Shown: positions 11,975-24,120, numbered from the whole stretch's first letter. The stretch: DNA of 63,855 bases, filler included, from Folioceros fuciformis (GCA_049999805.1; 10 parts of 10 records of this genome joined end to end with filler, not necessarily neighbours in it), one strand, 5' to 3'. Numbers and translations: made by a program. Notes: generated from the sequence alone by a model not told the origin.

Positions 11975-14170
11975 GGCGGGTTGCAGGAATCCAAGCAGAC
12001 CAACCAGCCGGCGGGCTAGCTGCAGCAGCAGATCAGCTAGGCGGAGGCAAGCAGCTTGGTTGGGCGACCTGGTTGGTCACGGCTGGGAGTAGGGCGGTGG
12101 TGTCGAATCGGCAGGCCCGGCCAGGCATGCGGTCTGGGTGAATCAGTCAGGCGGGGGGGGCTATTGGATCCAGCAAGCCAGGAGGCCGTATCGACAGGCG
12201 GCCTGGTAGACGGGGCGGATCTAAGCGAGGCCGCAGCAAGCCAGGCAGGCTGGTGGCTGGCTGCCTGACCGGCTTGGCAGGCAGCTGCTAGACGGGGCAC
12301 CAACGCGGGCAGGCCAGAGGCGGCACCGAATCCTAGCCGGCGTGGACGGGGCTGGTTGCAGGACCGGTGCGTCTGGATCAGAGCCCAGCTCAGAGACGAC
12401 TGGGCACAGATGTGCAGGGTTCCTGGCCTGCTGCCGGAGCTGAGCGGGGGGTAGAGCTGAGCAGCGAGGGCGGGAGTAATCGGGCAGGGACGGAGTGGGA
12501 GCAACTGCGGAGACCCATCTCCCTGCGGCTGCAGGATCCCAAGCGGCTGGCAGGCTAGTCGGCCCTGAGCGAAGTAGGATGCCGCGAGAGCATAGCCGGA
12601 GGGTGAGCCTGGCCGGCTGAAGGCGGCCTTGCAGGCGGATCCAGGCCAGGCGGGCCTCAAGCTGATTCAGGCCAAGCAGGTGGGCGGCCTGGGCGAATCA
12701 GCAAGGAGGGGGCTGCGGCGGCTGGCATGGCCGCTGAGGAAGGCAGGCGGCTGGCACGGCCGCTGAGGAAGGCAGGCGGCTGGCACGGCCGCTGAGGAAG
12801 GCAGGCGGCTGGCACGGCCGCTGAGGAAGGCAGNNNNNNNNNNNNNNNNNNNNNNNNNNNNNNNNNNNNNNNNNNNNNNNNNNNNNNNNNNNNNNNNNNN
12901 NNNNNNNNNNNNNNNNNNNNNNNNNNNNNNNNNCCGCTGAGGAAGGCAGGCAGCTGGCACGGCCGCTGAGGAAGGCAAGCGGCTGGCACGGCCGCCGAGG
13001 AAGGCAGGCAGCTCAGCAGCGCAGGTAGGCGGCCAGCCTAGCAGATCGGGCTGCAGGGCAAGGTTGGATCCAGCAGGCCGACAGGCTAGGTGGATCCGGG
13101 CAGGCAGCCTGGCGAGTGGTATGGCGGGGTGCACAGGCTGCCAAGCTTGTGGGTTGCCTGCAAGGTGAGGAATAGCCAAGCCTCGCAAGTAGCCTGGCAA
13201 GTGGCCGGCTAGCAGGGGCTGGCTGGCCAGGGAGGCCCCAGTCGGAGGCAAGCCGCTCCAGTGGGTTGAGGTAGGCTGGAGCAGATCAAGCAGGCTGTGC
13301 CTGCTGGAAGCCGGGTCGCCAGGGAGCTGCAGGCCGTGTCGTCAGGGAGCTGCAGGCGGTCCAGCAGAGTGGGTAGCGGTAGGCAGCTGGCCGGCGACCC
13401 AGCAGAAGAGGCGAATAGCTAGAGGCTGACGGATCTAGGCCAGGCGGGCCTCAGCATGATCTAGCTGCAGGCAGGCTGGCGGTTGAGATCTGGCAGGGGG
13501 GGTCTGCTGGCTGGAGGTGGTGGCTGAGGGGTCTAGCCAGCAGCCCAGCCCGCCCCAGCTGCGAGCAGATAGCAGGTGATCCTGTGGGCTGGCTGCCTGG
13601 CCAGATCTGGGAGGCCAGGCCAGCCGGCAGGCGGCCTGGAGGATGGCCGGGCCAGCAGCTGTCGGGCTAGCAAGGCCGGTCGGCTGGTCGAGGCTGGGCC
13701 AGACAGGGGCTGCAGGTGGCTGGATCTGGGCTGCCCAGCAGGAGCTCGTAAGGAGCAGGTAGCCCAGCCCGGCCAGGCAGCCAGGCGAGGCTGCCAGATC
13801 CAAGAGGAGGTCAGGATCGATCGGCAGGCCTGGCGTGGTGAGCTAGGCTTGGCCAGATCCGGGCCGGCAATACACTCCGGGCATGACACGCCGGGGCCGA
13901 TATTGGAAGCCAGGCCACCGCCTGGCTGCAGGATCCCGAGCAGGGGTTGGCAGTGCAGGATGGCAGGATCCAGGCAGGCTTGGCCTGGATCGTGGTGGAT
14001 AGGCAGCCTGGGCTTATCGACTAGGAGGGTGTCGTGTGGCTAGTTAGCCGGATCCGGAAGGAGGGAGACCACCTAGGCGGCCGGAAGCAGGTGGTAGGAG
14101 GCCGGCTTGTGGGCGCATGGTAGGTTGGCTGTGGCTGCTTGAGCTGGGGCCGTCTGGTGTGACCTACTGG
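11975..14170. repeat. GC-rich dispersed repeat, homologous (inverted) to 6050-7850
   Basis: 13220-13560 aligns by eye to the reverse complement of ~7340-7660, with the same GGATCC/GCTGGC-rich vocabulary. Confidence 0.75.
12724..13010. repeat. 29-bp tandem repeat (GGCACGGCCGCTGAGGAAGGCAGGCGGCT)
   Basis: Copies start at 12724, 12753, 12782 and 12811 and continue after the 100-N gap. Confidence 0.92.
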
Positions 14171-15579
14171 CCAGGGGAATGGAAGGTGGACGGGGAGGCA
14201 GAGGTGGAAAAATGTGTGTGTTTCTCTAATAAGTAGGAGGCGAGGAGGATGGTGGTGGGTAATGAGAAGTGTGCAAGGGCTGCATTACGCTGGGCCATGC
14301 TCAATGTGGTCCGCAAGGGAGACGTTATCACCTTGTTGCCTATGCACCCCTCTATCCCTGCCCGCCCAGCAGACTGGAGGGAAGGGCCTGAAGACGGTGG
14401 GTCTCTGAAGGATTGCAAATGATCTTAGGGGAAGGAGAGGATCGAAGAGGGGAAGAGGGTGTCGAGAGGCACTCGTGAGTTTTGGAAATTTGGAGAGGTT
14501 TGATTAATTTTGATAAGAGCAACCAGGGCCATAAGTCAGGGTCAGGTTAGGTTAGAGTCGGGTTAGGTCAGAGTTAGGTTTAGGGTTTTGACGAGTGGAG
14601 GGTTCTGTCTGGGGCATGCTGACCTGGTTAGGCAGTGACAGGGGTTCTTGGCACAGGAGTATAAGAGGCCAGGCCTGTCATTGAGGGGGGATGTTTTTGG
14701 TGAGGGCCCCCTTGACCTTGTGTGCAGGCTGTTGGGTTAGAGTTTTAACCCAGTGTGCAGATGTGCCTCGGCCTTGATTCCCCATGCCACTAGGGGAACG
14801 TGGCGGCTCCCAAAATCGTCGAGATCTTGGTGGCCAGATCCGCAGGGGCTGATCTCCCTTGCATGCTGGTTGGGTGGTTGGGGTACCTTGACATCCCTAA
14901 GGGGTTTCCAAGGCGACAGACTGCAGGGCTGTGGGCCGAGGGGGCCATCCAGCCTGGGTCTGCACATCCCTGCCTCAAGGGAGGGCTGCAAGTGAGGGGC
15001 TGTTGTGTTTGAAATCCAGGAGTGAGACGTGATGGTGAAGGATTGAAGTGTTGGAGTGCTGGAGTGGAGGTTTGAAGTGCTTGGGAAGTACTGGAGTAGT
15101 GAAGTGCTGGAGTAGAGAGCCGTTGTGCTGGGGTGAGGAGCTTAGGTGCTGAAGTTCTCAATCAGCCGCTGAGGTCGCTGGCACTTAGGGCTGAGAGTGG
15201 AGGTTGAGGCCAGGGCTGGAACCTCCTCTCAGCTGCTGAGGTGGCTAGGACCCAGAGCTAGGAGTGGGAGCTGAAGATGATGCTGAGTCCTCATTCAACT
15301 GGGGTTGTAGTTGGTATTGAAGACAAGGTTCTGATCTTTTAACTATAGTGTGGTTAGGTCTAGGGGCCGGTTGATAGATAGGATCAAATTAGGGCAGAGT
15401 GGGGAAGGTTGTAGAAAACCTTGACACTGGTTCACTCCCTTGGGAGCGAATCCTAGTACTATGACGATAACAAGGGGGAAGTGTGGCCCTTGGTGGTTCT
15501 TGGGTGCAAGTTCCACTCCACATGCCCCTTCACTTTATAATGGCTTGGGCTGCTAATGATGTGGGCGTTTCGTTGCAGT

Positions 15580-16680
15580 CACTGCGGTGGCTGAGTTAAA
15601 GCAAGCCTTGAACTACAGTCGGTGGACGGGGGATCCGTGTAATCCTGTTCCTTGGGACGAAGTCCACTGTGCCCAAAATGCTGTGACAGCCTTGTGAAGT
15701 TCTACGTACCCAGCACATGTTGGCCTTCAGGCATGTCAGTGGTGTACACAAGACACCAAATTGACTGTGTGCTTGTTGCCAATGGATTGCAGGTATCTCT
15801 TAGGCAAGGGGTTTAGCGGCCCCATTCCAGCAGCCATTTCCGGCATGACAGCTCTTCAAAACCTGTAATCCATGCTACTGTGTCTCTGGAACCTCACTTT
15901 GCATGACAGCAGTCACTTTGAGTGGCCCAACTGATGTTGGACCGTGGCCGGTGCTGCGACTCACAGGAACCTATCTGACAACAAATTCTCTGGCCCTCTG
16001 CCTACTTGGGTCGCAGACTTGTCATCTTTGACAGCTTTGTAAGTGCGATATGGAATTGGTGCGCTCGATCTGGATTGCCTACTAGTACTTGTGATGTCAT
16101 AAGTTTGGCATGTTGACCTAGAAACGAGCTTCCGCCGTGGTCCAGGGATGTGAGTAACAACAACTTGTCTGGCACCTTCCCTGCCTCGTACATCATCCAG
16201 ATCAAGGAGTTCAGGTGCAGGCTAACGATCGTCACAATTTCAAGCCCTGAGGAGTTCTATTCCAATAGTTATTGCACTTTGTGATACATGAAACCCCAGC
16301 TCATTTTCAGGTTGGCTGTTGTGTGTTGTAGGTATTCTGGTAACCCTCAGCTTAAGTGTGTTCCTACTGAACATGAAAATTGCATACCACCTGATGTAAC
16401 AACGAGCCTCCCACCAGCTGGAACAAGATCACCCACAGGAGGGAGCGGAAGTTCAATTGGGCCGGTTATTGGTGGCGTTGTGGGAGGTGTCTTGGTCCTC
16501 CTGTTCATAAATGCCCTTGTTCTTTGGTTGTGCTGCCAGAAGAAACCGGTCGGGTCGACCCATCATCCTGCTAGAAAAAGTCACCAATACACTCTCAGCA
16601 TTGTAAGGGCAGCTATAGACAACTTTGCAAGGAAAATTGGGGAGGGCGGCTTTAGGCCAGTGTATTATGGACAGCTCGGG
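15580..16680 (+). pseudogene. Truncated LRR receptor-like kinase gene fragment (LRR cap, 3 LRR exons, TM, start of kinase)
   Basis: GT-AG exons at ~15580-15693 (WTGDPCNPVPWDEVHC), ~15793-15864 (FSGPIPAAISGMTALQNL), ~15968-16039 (LSDNKFSGPLP), ~16146-16214 (VSNNNLSGTFP) and ~16332-16680 (GNPQL, TM IGGVVGGVLVLLFINALVLWLCC, KIGEGGFRPVYYGQL). The kinase is cut right after subdomain I. Confidence 0.85.
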
Positions 16681-17184
16681 ATAGATTGGCCTTCATTGAG
16701 AGCTATCCAGTCTTTGATCTCCTGATGAAGGTATTGTGGAATTGTCATTCTGGCTTGCCTGCCTTTTGACATGTGTATCCTACGACAATTTAGACATTGC
16801 TGGAATCGCGCTCCAGATTGCGATAGCCACTGATTTGGCTTGATTCGATTGCTGGCCATTCATTTGGCCAGTTAATATTTTGATAGAATGCATTAAAAAT
16901 CTATTTTTGCATTCTATTGATTTAAATATTTTGTAAAATGCCTGCAAATCAGGCAGTTGTTCTAGTATATGTCCATCAGATTGCTCAAGAAGCAATCTGG
17001 CAGAAGTACACTGGGACTGCTACCTTAATTTGCTAGGTTTCATCCTATTTTTGAATTTTTATAGAATGTTTAGAGCAAGAAATGCTTCTTGACTTTCATT
17101 TTTATTTTCTTGATATTCAGAATCAAGAAAATACATAATTCTATAAATCAAAGCATATTTACTAGGATGCATTTTGTGCACCCT

Positions 17185-17196
17185 ACTCTGATACCA
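17185..17196 (-). promoter_or_regulatory. Primer-binding site (tRNA-iMet)
   Basis: Reverse complement TGGTATCAGAGT, downstream of the LTR at 17216-17429. Confidence 0.85.
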
Positions 17197-17215
17197 TAAC
17201 AAATAAACTTGTCTA

Positions 17216-17429
17216 TATTAAGAATTAAATTGTTGGATTTTATTGTGTGTCAAGAAGAGCTTAAGACATATTGAAAAGACACTATGGCTATAACTTAAAC
17301 GACATAACTGTTCACTATAGGTTGTAACCCTAACGAACGGGTACCAAATAATTATTTATTCTAAGTACCCCTATAAATCATTATATTATGTGCCTTTAAT
17401 TTGTTAGATATTATTGCTATCTCTTAACA
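17216..17429 (-). mobile_element. Short LTR (~214 bp) inserted into an older Copia RT
   Basis: The minus strand starts TGTTAAGAG exactly where the RT frame breaks (SNPGRK|) and ends TTCTTAATA, an imperfect inverted repeat. AT-rich, followed by a PBS. The 3' boundary could instead be the CA at 17210-17211. Confidence 0.65.
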
Positions 17430-18060
17430 GCTTCCTGCCAGGGTTTGACATAAACCTACTAATCACTCCCACTGCAAAGGCAATGTCAGGTTGTGTAGCT
17501 ATTATTGCATACATTAAACTCCCTACAGCTGATGAGTATGGAATTTTCTCCATTTCAACTTTGTCCTCCGCAGAAGTTGGGCAATCCCACCTCAAAAGTT
17601 TCACATATGGAGGCAACGGAGTACTCAATACCTTCCCTTTCTCCAAATAAAAACGTTGAAGCACCTTGTTAATGTATTCAGTTTGAGACACGTAAAGCAA
17701 ACGCTTCTGTCTGTCTCGACGAATACGCATGCCAAAAATATAGCTTGCCTCTCCCAAGTCTGTCATGTCAAAATGACCATTCAACTTTGACTTCAACGCT
17801 GAAATCTCATCACTGTTAGTCCCAGCAATTAGCATATCATCCACATAGAGGACCAGAATGAGCAAGCTTCCATCCTTAGCTTGCTTCGTATAGAGGCAAT
17901 GATCCTCATCGCTACGTTTGTAGCCTTGAGAAAGCATAAATGAGTGGAACTTGAAATACCACTCCCTGGGTGCCTACTTCAAACCATAAAGGCTCTTCTT
18001 TAACCTACACACCAGACTCTCTTTGTCCTTCTCAATGAAACCCTCTAGGTGCTGCATGTA
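17430..18060 (-). mobile_element. Copia reverse-transcriptase fragment (different family)
   Basis: LVLYVDDMLIAG catalytic motif, DLGEASYIFGMRI, PYSSAVGSLMYA, PDIAFAVGVISRFMSNPG. Confidence 0.93.
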
Positions 18061-18277
18061 TAATGTGCACTCCACATGCTGAATAGGTCCTTGGAAAATG
18101 GTAGGATTTCTCTTTTTGGGAATCTCTAAGTGAACCCTGTGGTGAAATGGTTAAAAGATTAGGTTAGATTAGTAGCTNNNNNNNNNNNNNNNNNNNNNNN
18201 NNNNNNNNNNNNNNNNNNNNNTTAATTAATTAANNNNNNNNNNNNNNNNNNNNNNNNNNNNNNNNNNNNNNNNNNNN

Positions 18278-21200
18278 GGTGTGATCTGTAATAGTCCTGC
18301 CATCTGCCCCCTGTAGCAGCAGCAAGGCGTTACGTCTCACTCCCTGATCCGCAGCACATGGCGGCTAGTGCTGGTGTCTAGTGTATCACCAGTCTGTCGC
18401 TGCAAATACACAAAGTCCCCAAATTGGAACTTCTTGAGTTTGGGCCTGAAACTTCCGCTCCTAGTATAGGCATATACCTAAGAGTGTCCCTGTGCTGTGC
18501 GATGTGCAAATTTGCCATAGCCATGGGCATGACCTGCCTAAACATCGTAGCCCTCTCAACAATGACTTTGGCCCATACAGCCGGATTGTCTAAGTCCACC
18601 ACCTGCTGCAGTTGCTTAGTGATGGAGCTAGGTGGCATTGGCTCACGGCCAAAAAGTAGGAAATACGGTGAGAAGTGTACCAAAGAGGCATACTTACTCA
18701 TCCGATATCCCATTGTGATGTAGGGCAAGGCGAGATCACACTCGATCTTAGGCATTTGTAGACAGAGCTTCCTCAAGCCCTTCTTGAGTGTCTGGACCAT
18801 TCGCTCTGCAAGACCATCAGCCTGGGGATGGTCTCTACTTGTCCTACAATGATCTATCAACGCTGCGTCCAATAGATCTTGGAATTCACCCCTGAATTCT
18901 GACCCCTGGTCAGTTAAACATTCTGCACAGCTGCCGAAACGACTAAGTACATTCTACAAGAATGCTTGAGAGGTGCTCCTAGACGTCTTGTCACGCAATG
19001 CGATAGCCTCCACCCACTTGGAGAAATGCTCCATCATGACAAGCACGTGCACATTCCCACATGCAGTGCGTGGCNNNNNNNNNNNNNNNNNNNNNNNNNN
19101 NNNNNNNNNNNNNNNNNNNNNNNNNNNNNNNNNNNNNNNNNNNNNNNNNNNNNNNNNNNNNNNNNNNNNNNNNNTACACATTCCCACGTGCAGTGCGTGG
19201 CAGCTCCCCAATCAGGTCACAAGACCATTTGAAAAAGAGGCCCATGATAGGCAAAGGATGTAGCTCTGGGTGCCGGATGGTGAAGGAAGTCTTCACCCTG
19301 TCGCATGGCTCGTAACAGGCAACCCAGTCACGCACTTGACCATGCATCCCATGCCAATAAAAATGAGGGGCTAGCAAGCTGTAAGTGCGTTTGACGCCAA
19401 AATGACCCATATCATTGTGCACCTTACTAATTAGTGCAGCGCTGTCAGCTGGTGGCGGCATCAAGCGTTCAATTCCATGTGCCAGCTTCCTAATAACATA
19501 ACCATCCCGCCAATAATATGTGGCAGCACGATGCTTGACTTATTCAGCTGTGGTTGGTGGCAACGTCGCATCAGCTGTCCTGTTTGCAGATACAGCAGTG
19601 TGTAAGGATCTTCCCAAATGTCCTTAGCCAGTCGCATGGGTACAGTTCTGCTGCCACTGTCGACACACACCATGGCCACCAGAGCAGCAACCTCGAATGG
19701 TTCATAAGGCTCATAATCATGCCTTGCCTCGGTGATGTCCAGACAGCTGCTATTTGGATTCCTAGAGAGAGTGTCTGCATTCTGATGCTTCAGACCTGGT
19801 CTGTGAACCACCTGGAAATCATAATCCTGTCTATCACTCTCTCATTCCTTTCTTCATCGTGCTGAGCCAAAACTGCCCCAAGGCCCAAGCTGCTCCAGTC
19901 TATGTGTAGCACAAATGGCTACTTGAAATCAGGTATGGCCATCACAAGTGCAGAGGTCAACCTGGATTTCAAGGTATCAAATGCCTCTTGCATAGCCTCA
20001 GTCCAAGTCCATACCACACCCTTTCTAAGCAGGTCGTTGAGAGGCTTGGCAATACGGCTGAAATCTGGATATATATTCGATAATAATTGCAAAGGCCAAG
20101 GAATGCTCGCAAGGCAGAGACGTTAGTGGGCTCCTTGACCTGCAGAATGGCCTGCACTTTAGCTGAGTGTGGCATCACGCCGTTGGGAACCACCTTGTGC
20201 CCTAAATATGCAACTATATCCATACCAAATTCACATTTGGCTGGATGGCACTTGAGCTGAGCCTTCCTTAGGCGCTGGAAAAGGTCCTCCAAGTGTTCCA
20301 AATGTGACTATGGAGAAGTAGACAGATCTACCGATGCTGTCAAAGATCTCCTCCGGTGTAGGCATAGGGTACCTGATCTGGGCTGTCACAGCGTTGATAG
20401 GGCGATAATCACCACACGTTCTCTTCTCCGTCCATAAGCCATGGCTATCCTTCTTAGGTGGCATGACAGTCGCAGCAGCATAATCAGAACTGGAAGGTCT
20501 GATTAGCCCTGCCTTGCATAATTCCTTGCACCTGGCATCCACCATCTCCCACTCAGATTGACTCAGCCGATACCTTATGCGATATATGGGCTCCGGGCTT
20601 GTGAGGTTGATCCTGAAGGTTGTGATGTTGCAGCGTTTCAACTCCTTCATGGAGAACGCGAAGCAATCACTGTACTTGAGAATCAATGCCCAAATCTGCC
20701 TCTGCTATTCATCAGTGGGCTGTGGTCCCATGTGCCAGTTGAATGTTTCAGCAGTGAGTGGCACCTTGGTTAATGGCTCTTGCTCACATCCACCTTGAAG
20801 GTCGATGCAGAAAAAACAGAGTGGTGCCAAGCAGCATACTCCCCCCCCCCCTTGGATCAAGCCTGAAAGGTAGGCAAGGATAGCCAAGGAAAGGTAGGTG
20901 GATTGCATCTGCTGGACAGGCCATGGCTATAAGGCTTGCAAGGGTGCCTCTGGTTAGCAGTTGGAAAGCCAAGCATAAACTCACAAGCCAAGTGATGGCG
21001 TGCAAGTCCATAGGTCGACCGATAGCAGCACAGCGCTGAGAGACTATAACCTGTGGTGTTGCCGTGGCATGTGCTGGAAAGCCCATGATCTGCTCACGCT
21101 CCTCAATGCGGGGCTCTTCCCATTGCTTTGTGATGGTGTTGTATAGCAATCCAGCACCATTGCCGCGATAGGCAAAGGAGCCAGGAAAGCTCACCAAGGT

Positions 21201-23350
21201 AGGCAACATGTTGCGAGGCTGACCAGGTGTGTTGGTTGGATCCCACGGTGGTCACTCACTAGCAACCACAAGCCTAGGTTTATGATCTGCATCCAACACA
21301 TCCTGCTGCCGCAAGGTGGGATCCCGCTTCGTGTTGCGAAGCATGAGTGCCAAGACTGAATTAGGGATGAGGTTGGTCCAGTAGTTGCACAGACGGTGTG
21401 CATAACTACCCACCTGGACAACATCCACAAAAACGGAGCACCAAGATGGTGCTCCATGACTCCCATGTCCTATCGCACGGAGTCCCTCTTGTCAAGCTGT
21501 GCTGGGGTGTTCTCGAGGAGATAGCCACACTGTGGATTTTCCTGTTGCACCCATGCCAAGATCTGGTGTAGGTCTCGGAACAACCCAATGCGATGGTCCT
21601 CCAATCCCGCTCCTGCGCCTGCTTGGGAGAACCCTTGGCATTCCCAGCCAGCTATTAGCACGTCTATGGATCCCAGGGCGTGGAAGCTAAGGCTGCCTCC
21701 AATAGCTGTGCGGGGAACCTGCTGCGGAGCTCCTGCAAGCGATGAGCAGCTATCTGCCGTGCTTCCCCACTGCTGTCACAATATACATAACGCCTGATAG
21801 GGAGGCCTACCTTAAGCAAAGCCTCTAGGCCAGTACAAATGCCGCCAAACAGCTCCACGAGAAAAAGGCCGGCGGCTGGGATAGGCCCATCAATCACCTG
21901 AGACTTGACAACATGCTCTTGCATGGGATCCTTGAGTTCTCGCTGCAATAGAGCTTGCACCTGCTGGACATGCTCGTAAGCATCCTACAGCACACCCTCA
22001 ACTTGTGTGGGATGGTCAGCGGCCTTGATCAGATATGTCAATCTGCATGTGGCTGTGGTGTTGTTGGAGTAGCTGTCACAGTGCTCCTCCTCTTGCTCTC
22101 ACTCTAGGTGGTCCTCATCCTACAAATGGTTGCTGGCCAAGGGTGTTCCCTCACTGACCAGGACTGCTGTACGGGCTTGTCGCTCTATAAGTGTAGCTGT
22201 GTCAGCCTCTGACATGTCATGCAACCGAAGGAGTAAGTGTGCCACCCTTCTCCCTCCTTCCTTCCAATCTGGACGATAATACGCCTACTCTGTCCAGTTG
22301 TCCACACTTAAACCTGGTGGAAACAGAAATTCTTGCCCTAATAGCACGTCATAGTTTGTGGCTGTTGTCACTAGGCATGGAAGACTCACCGTCATGGCAT
22401 TAGAAGTGCCTGGCTTGAGTGTGATATCCACAGGCTTGACCGTCGCTCCGGCGACTGGCTCAATTGCTCCTAACGCTGTCCTTATGCTCCAAGGAGAGCT
22501 CTTGAGAGCTGAACCATCGAGGTTGAGCCTAGAAGCTAATGTCTTGCCAATGATCACTAGTTGAGCACCAGTGTCGAGCAGTACAACCCTTGGGGCATAC
22601 CCATTCACGGTAATATGCCTCGCATCGTTGTCAACAAGTGCATTGCCGACTCTGACTGCTAGGCGGTTGGTGGGTTGGATCCTAGGAGAGCTAATGGGTT
22701 GAGCAGGCTGCCTTCCAGCTGCTACAACTTCAAACATGCTTCCAGCTATTGTCTCCTTGGTGCATCGTGAGATGCTACTAGGTACAACCCACCCATCTTG
22801 AGCTAGTGGCCAGCATGACGCTCCTGAAGACAATACAGCTGCTTGCGTTGGTTGCAATTCCTTTGGCAGATGCTCATGTCCTAGCCCATGTCTTGCAAAG
22901 AAAATAGAGGAATGCCAGTCAGTTTCTCAGATAATTGTTCCACAGTGAAGGCCTTGGGCATCAAGTAGACTGGCCCACTGGCTGACACTTGTGGTTGCGG
23001 TGGAGGCTTGTCTACTGTCTGTGGCCCTCCTGCCAATGTGGAATGCTCTTGCCCTCGGACTGGGAGTGCACTTCCTGGTGAGAGTGGTGCAAAAGATTGG
23101 GGCATGACCGCCCTCGCTCCTCGCTGTCGAGTGACTGGCCCTGCTGCCGTCTCCAACACTGGTGGGTATAAATGTTGCCCTACCCACGTTTGTGGCAACT
23201 AAGCAGTTGTCATCTCAACCTCCATCCAGCTGGCGACACACACCTGATGTGGTGAGCCGTAATCCTCCTCCTTGTCTCGGACCAGTTCAGCAACATTGGC
23301 TGGTTTGGGTGAGGTTGCTCCACTACTGAGACAAGCTGTGTCAGATACCA
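18278..23350 (-). mobile_element. Ty3/Gypsy retrotransposon with order PBS-(gag remnant)-PR-DNA methyltransferase-RT-RNase H-INT, decayed
   Basis: Protease VLLDTGAQLVIIG (ORF 22285-22857). RT GLIRPSSSDYAAATVMPPKKD...RTCGDYRPIN (20231-20686), then a deletion removing the YxDD region. LRAFLGLCNYYR; RNase H end HRPGLKHQNADTLSR; integrase HHCC HNDMGHFG...WVACYEPCDRVK; core HPQADGLAERMVQTLK. RT-RH precede INT (Gypsy order). Many stops and frameshifts. Confidence 0.93.
20985..21870 (-). pseudogene. DNMT3-like C5 cytosine DNA methyltransferase domain embedded in Gypsy pol
   Basis: Motif I LVELFGGICTGLEAL (~21860); motif IV IDVLIAGWECQGFSQAG (Cys 21638-21640); motif VI YLLENT (~21514); motif VIII VDVVQVGSYAHRLCNYWTNL (~21428-21369); motif IX EEREQIMGFPAHAT (~21104); motif X QRCAAIGRPMDLHAITWL (~21020). 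Order is canonical; broken by two frameshifts and two in-frame stops. Confidence 0.88.
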
Positions 23351-24120
23351 TGTCAGAGATATAATCTTGAGAGTAGCGTGCAAAATAGATGCCTTTTTAT
23401 TTTACGTGGAAAGTGTCTTGTGATAATGATAATAAGTACCAGCAGCCACCCTTGTTAAATAACTGCCTACATATCCTACGAAACGATCTACCATCCATGC
23501 CGTTCCACCGGCCGCATCGTTTCGGTTGGGTTTAATTAATATAATATATTTATGCCTAAGGATGCAAATATCTATCCTAACACCTCCTCTTAAACCAAAC
23601 GCGGAACGACGGGAGGATAGGGCACGCGCCGCCACATGCTTTGGGTCGGGGACTGAGAGCCACACGAAAAGCGGGTGGTAGAGCTTGGGCGCTATCCCAA
23701 AAGGATTGCCGCGCATGCCGCCGAGAACGAGTGGAGCTGGAGGCTTGCAAGTTATGGTCGCAACGCTTAGGAGAGGGCCCGGGTGCATCGATGAGGCATC
23801 GCAGTGTGTTGTGGAGATGGGTTGGCCCAGAATCGGCGTAGTGCTGGGAAGACGTCCACGCCGCGGGGGCCACGGGTATCCCGCCTAGCGCGCTAGCTCC
23901 AAAGACTGCGTTTTCTTGTTCGTGGCGAGAGATCGGGTCTGCAAGTTGGTCTCTAATCTTGGGCTATGTATTAGCAGACCACGGGTGCCGAGAAATGCTG
24001 CTGGGTCTTGGCGGGGCTGAGACCAAACGCTTGAATTAATCGCTGGAGCTTCATCCATTTGGTGAGCCGGTGTCGGTTACGGGCGGGCATCAACGACCAC
24101 TGATGTCCGGTTATGTCTCA
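23341..24120 (-). mobile_element. PBS-like site (23341-23350) and probable 5' LTR of the DNMT-carrying Gypsy
   Basis: Minus strand reads ...CTCTGACA|TGGTATCTGA, i.e. a terminal CA directly followed by a partial tRNA-iMet PBS. Upstream is non-coding with an AT-rich TATA-like tract (~23532-23552). Distal boundary uncertain. Confidence 0.6.
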
